A program made the translations under genes and the position numbers. A model generated the notes under the pieces. It had not been told where the DNA came from. It saw nothing but the letters and a program-made list of their open reading frames with translations, and did no database searches. DNA of 36,672 bases from a virus (lineage: Duplodnaviria > Caudoviricetes). Shown piece after piece: positions 34,599-36,672 of this stretch (positions within the stretch are counted from its first letter, which is position 1; every line of letters starts with the position of its first letter). The DNA lies in IMG/VR virus record IMGVR_UViG_3300012347_000058, positions 1 through 36,672 of that record. The stretch is one strand, 5' to 3'.

Positions 34599-35551
34599 AT
34601 GAGTTGGCTTTATTCGCAGGCGCTGGTGGCGGAATACTTGGGGGAAAACTTCTCGGATGGCGAACAGTCTGCGCCGTTGAATGGGAACCCTATCCAGCAA
34701 GCGTATTGTGCGCCCGACAAAATGACGGTCTTCTCCCGCCTTTCCCGATTTGGGATGACGTACAAACCTTTGACGGAAAACCTTGGGCAGGAATTGTTGA
34801 CGTTGTATCTGGCGGATTTCCATGCCAAGACATTAGCGCAGCAGGAAAAGGCGCAGGAATTGATGGAGAGCGAAGCGGAATGTGGCGAGAAATGGCGCGC
34901 ATCATTCACGAAGTACGACCCAAATTCGTGTTCGTGGAAAACTCACCAATGCTCACTTCTCGGGGACTTGGAACCGTTCTTGGAGACTTGGCCGCAATGG
35001 GGTTTGATGCGAGATGGGGAGTGTTGGGAGCAAACGCAGTTGGCGCACCCCATCAAAGAGAGCGCATTTGGATTTACGGTTCCCACCCCAGTAGCCAGCG
35101 ATGGAACAACAGGGTCGCTGATTGGCAAGAACGACAGCTTTTACGAGACAAGAACTGGGATGCCTCGGAAAGTAAATCAGAACGGGAAGGATGGTTCAGT
35201 TGGGTTGGGCAGGTTGGTGCAGATGTGGCCGACACCCAGGAGTTGTTCGGCAATGGCGGCAACGATAACGCCAGAATCAGCATGGAACAAAAACAGAAAC
35301 CCAAATTTGGAAACAATTGTTGGCAGAGTTCAGTTTCCAACGCCGACAGCGCACAACGCCAAGGAATGTGCATCACCGAGCGAGTACAACAGGAACACGC
35401 CAACATTAGCAACCCATGCTGGTGGGAAGCTGAACCCGATGTGGGTCGAATGGCTGATGGGGTGGCCGCTGGCTTGGACAGACTTAAAGCCATTGGAAAT
35501 GGACAAGTCCCACTCTGTGCCGCAACAGCTTGGCGAATCTTGAGCCAATGA
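34595..35551 (+). CDS. C5 cytosine DNA methyltransferase, catalytic polypeptide
   Basis: Motif I LFAGAGG, IV GGFPCQD, VI VENS, VIII PHQRER, X LKAIGNGQVP. Confidence 0.93.
   Translation: MNELALFAGAGGGILGGKLLGWRTVCAVEWEPYPASVLCARQNDGLLPPFPIWDDVQTFDGKPWAGIVDVVSGGFPCQDISAAGKGAGIDGERSGMWREMARIIHEVRPKFVFVENSPMLTSRGLGTVLGDLAAMGFDARWGVLGANAVGAPHQRERIWIYGSHPSSQRWNNRVADWQERQLLRDKNWDASESKSEREGWFSWVGQVGADVADTQELFGNGGNDNARISMEQKQKPKFGNNCWQSSVSNADSAQRQGMCITERVQQEHANISNPCWWEAEPDVGRMADGVAAGLDRLKAIGNGQVPLCAATAWRILSQ
34599..35543 (+). CDS. Overlapping +1-frame polypeptide, probable second methyltransferase subunit
   Basis: 314 codons with no stop; three PTP repeats (VPTP, WPTP, FPTP) and motif-IX-like KLNPMWVEWLMGWP. 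Confidence 0.7.
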   Translation: MSWLYSQALVAEYLGENFSDGEQSAPLNGNPIQQAYCAPDKMTVFSRLSRFGMTYKPLTENLGQELLTLYLADFHAKTLAQQEKAQELMESEAECGEKWRASFTKYDPNSCSWKTHQCSLLGDLEPFLETWPQWGLMRDGECWEQTQLAHPIKESAFGFTVPTPVASDGTTGSLIGKNDSFYETRTGMPRKVNQNGKDGSVGLGRLVQMWPTPRSCSAMAATITPESAWNKNRNPNLETIVGRVQFPTPTAHNAKECASPSEYNRNTPTLATHAGGKLNPMWVEWLMGWPLAWTDLKPLEMDKSHSVPQQLGES

Positions 35552-35760
35552 ATTATTTTGAAGCACATCAAATTCTTGACGGAATCAAGGATAATCTGTC
35601 TTATAATCTAGACACAATCAACAAAGCACTTGAACTGACAGGCGACTTAGATGGATTTCAACCAAGTATTCGAGCAACAAGTGGAGCATCTGACAAAGAT
35701 GGCTTTGCAGAAGGGCTGGATTGCTTACGCAAAGAAACGGGCGCAAGACTTGGAAGATGA
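35548..35760 (+). CDS. Hypothetical protein
   Basis: Start MNYFEAHQILD, ATGA-coupled to the MTase; I..ALELTGDL motif. Confidence 0.55.
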   Translation: MNYFEAHQILDGIKDNLSYNLDTINKALELTGDLDGFQPSIRATSGASDKDGFAEGLDCLRKETGARLGR

Positions 35761-35824
35761 CCCGTCAGGTTTGTGGGTTGGGTTGGTTGAAGCCGTAAGG
35801 CAACGAGTAAATGAACGTAAATGA
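35651..35824 (+). CDS. 57 aa hypothetical protein
   Basis: Manual translation MDFNQVFEQQVEHLTKMALQKGWIAYAKKRAQDLE...; fills the gap up to 35821. Confidence 0.5.
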   Translation: MDFNQVFEQQVEHLTKMALQKGWIAYAKKRAQDLEDDPSGLWVGLVEAVRQRVNERK

Positions 35825-36024
35825 AAGGCTATGAAATGGAACTCGATACAAGAATTGAAACAACGCGCAAGCGCCGTTGGTTAAACATTGATCAACACGG
35901 TGATGAAGTTTGGGTCAGCATGGTAGTTGAAGCTGCCCGTTGCCATGTAACTTTAACCAAGGAGCAGGCCAAAGACATGATTGCCGCCCTGATTCGCATT
36001 GTTGATGCAGAGGTGACCAAATGA
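35821..36024 (+). CDS. Hypothetical protein
   Basis: 67 aa; LTKEQAKDMIAAL helix. Confidence 0.6.
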   Translation: MKGYEMELDTRIETTRKRRWLNIDQHGDEVWVSMVVEAARCHVTLTKEQAKDMIAALIRIVDAEVTK

Positions 36025-36173
36025 GCGAACAAGCCCTGATTGAACAGATTAAACAAGCCTTGCAACTTGCCCGTCAAGCATTGGAAAACACAGAAACTAA
36101 CTTCATGTCAGACCAGTTTGACGTAGAAGAAAAAGCACTTGTAGCAATTGACTTTGCATTGGAGCGTTTATGA
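36021..36173 (+). CDS. 50 aa hypothetical protein
   Basis: MSEQALIEQIKQALQLARQALE...; gaggtg RBS; ATGA coupling on both sides. Confidence 0.6.
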   Translation: MSEQALIEQIKQALQLARQALENTETNFMSDQFDVEEKALVAIDFALERL

Positions 36174-36277
36174 ACTGGCCTTTCCCACCCGCAACAGGCG
36201 CTGTGCCTTGGACTGCCAAGCAAATCAAAGAATACGCCCAACAACAACGTCAACAAGCAGAGGATGCTTTGCTATGA
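36170..36277 (+). CDS. 35 aa hypothetical protein
   Basis: MNWPFPPATGAVPWTAKQIKEYAQQQRQQAEDALL*; an alternative 3' end (EDAPL*) lies at 1-65. Confidence 0.6.
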   Translation: MNWPFPPATGAVPWTAKQIKEYAQQQRQQAEDALL

Positions 36278-36672
36278 GTAAAGAAGCCAAAAAGACTTGC
36301 AACAAATGCCTTGTTGAAAAAAATCTGGCTGACTTTTACAGGCAAAAGGTTAGCAAAGATGGCTATTTAAGTCATTGCAAATTATGCAGAAACGCAACGA
36401 TTTCACTTTGGCAACAAAAGAATCGCGACTTTGTTCTTGAAACAGTAAAAGCCAATGCAAAAAATTGGTATTTAAAGAACAAAGAGAGAAAACAAGAATA
36501 CGTAAGTTGCTACGCAAAGAACAACAAAGCTGTTGTCAATGCAAGGTCTGCAAAGCGCAGGGCGGCGGAGATAAAACTAACACCAGCTTGGGCTGATAAA
36601 CAAGAAATTGCAATGTGGTACGAAGTCGCTGAAGTTTTAAGCAGAGGCGGCGTAAAGTTTCATGTAGACCAC
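36274..36672 (+). CDS. HNH endonuclease, truncated by the window end
   Basis: KTCNKC..EK...DFY...DGY..HCKLC, KRRA....TPAWAD and FHVDH at the edge. Confidence 0.85.
   Translation, partial: MSKEAKKTCNKCLVEKNLADFYRQKVSKDGYLSHCKLCRNATISLWQQKNRDFVLETVKANAKNWYLKNKERKQEYVSCYAKNNKAVVNARSAKRRAAEIKLTPAWADKQEIAMWYEVAEVLSRGGVKFHVDH

Noticed and set aside
35074-35571. 165 aa antisense ORF over the methyltransferase, as a third coding frame
   Set aside because: No recognisable motif or expression signal; probably a consequence of the constrained dual-coding sequence

Overview
The window is an essentially complete ~36.2 kb genome of a P22-like podovirus (tailed dsDNA phage). The Rz/Rz1 spanin pair indicates a Gram-negative host. 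Bases 1-55 recur exactly at 36213-36267, so the genome appears to close into a circle, followed by an extra partial HNH gene. Layout on the + strand: nin-like accessory region (62-3586); small genes, GroES and an ADP-ribosyltransferase-like gene (3570-5762); TerS/TerL, portal, scaffold and coat (5759-11853); a glycosyltransferase and fibre/tail genes including gp4- and gp10-like proteins (11909-21936); three ejection proteins, a short fibre and the lysis cassette (22383-29556). A leftward early operon (29553-32907) encodes ERF, an exonuclease and an SSB-like protein. A rightward early operon encodes a Cro-like protein, MazG, a YdaU-type replication protein and a C5 DNA methyltransferase. I recognised no integrase, CI repressor, DNA polymerase, tRNA or CRISPR array. 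The most notable observations are a methyltransferase locus coded in two fully overlapping frames, a stand-alone ART-like gene whose N-terminal motif resembles one in an ejection protein, a capsid-adjacent glycosyltransferase, a modular fibre system, shuffled EPVA/PLYT cassettes and two candidate structured RNAs. All family calls come from motif recognition by eye; no database searches were run.
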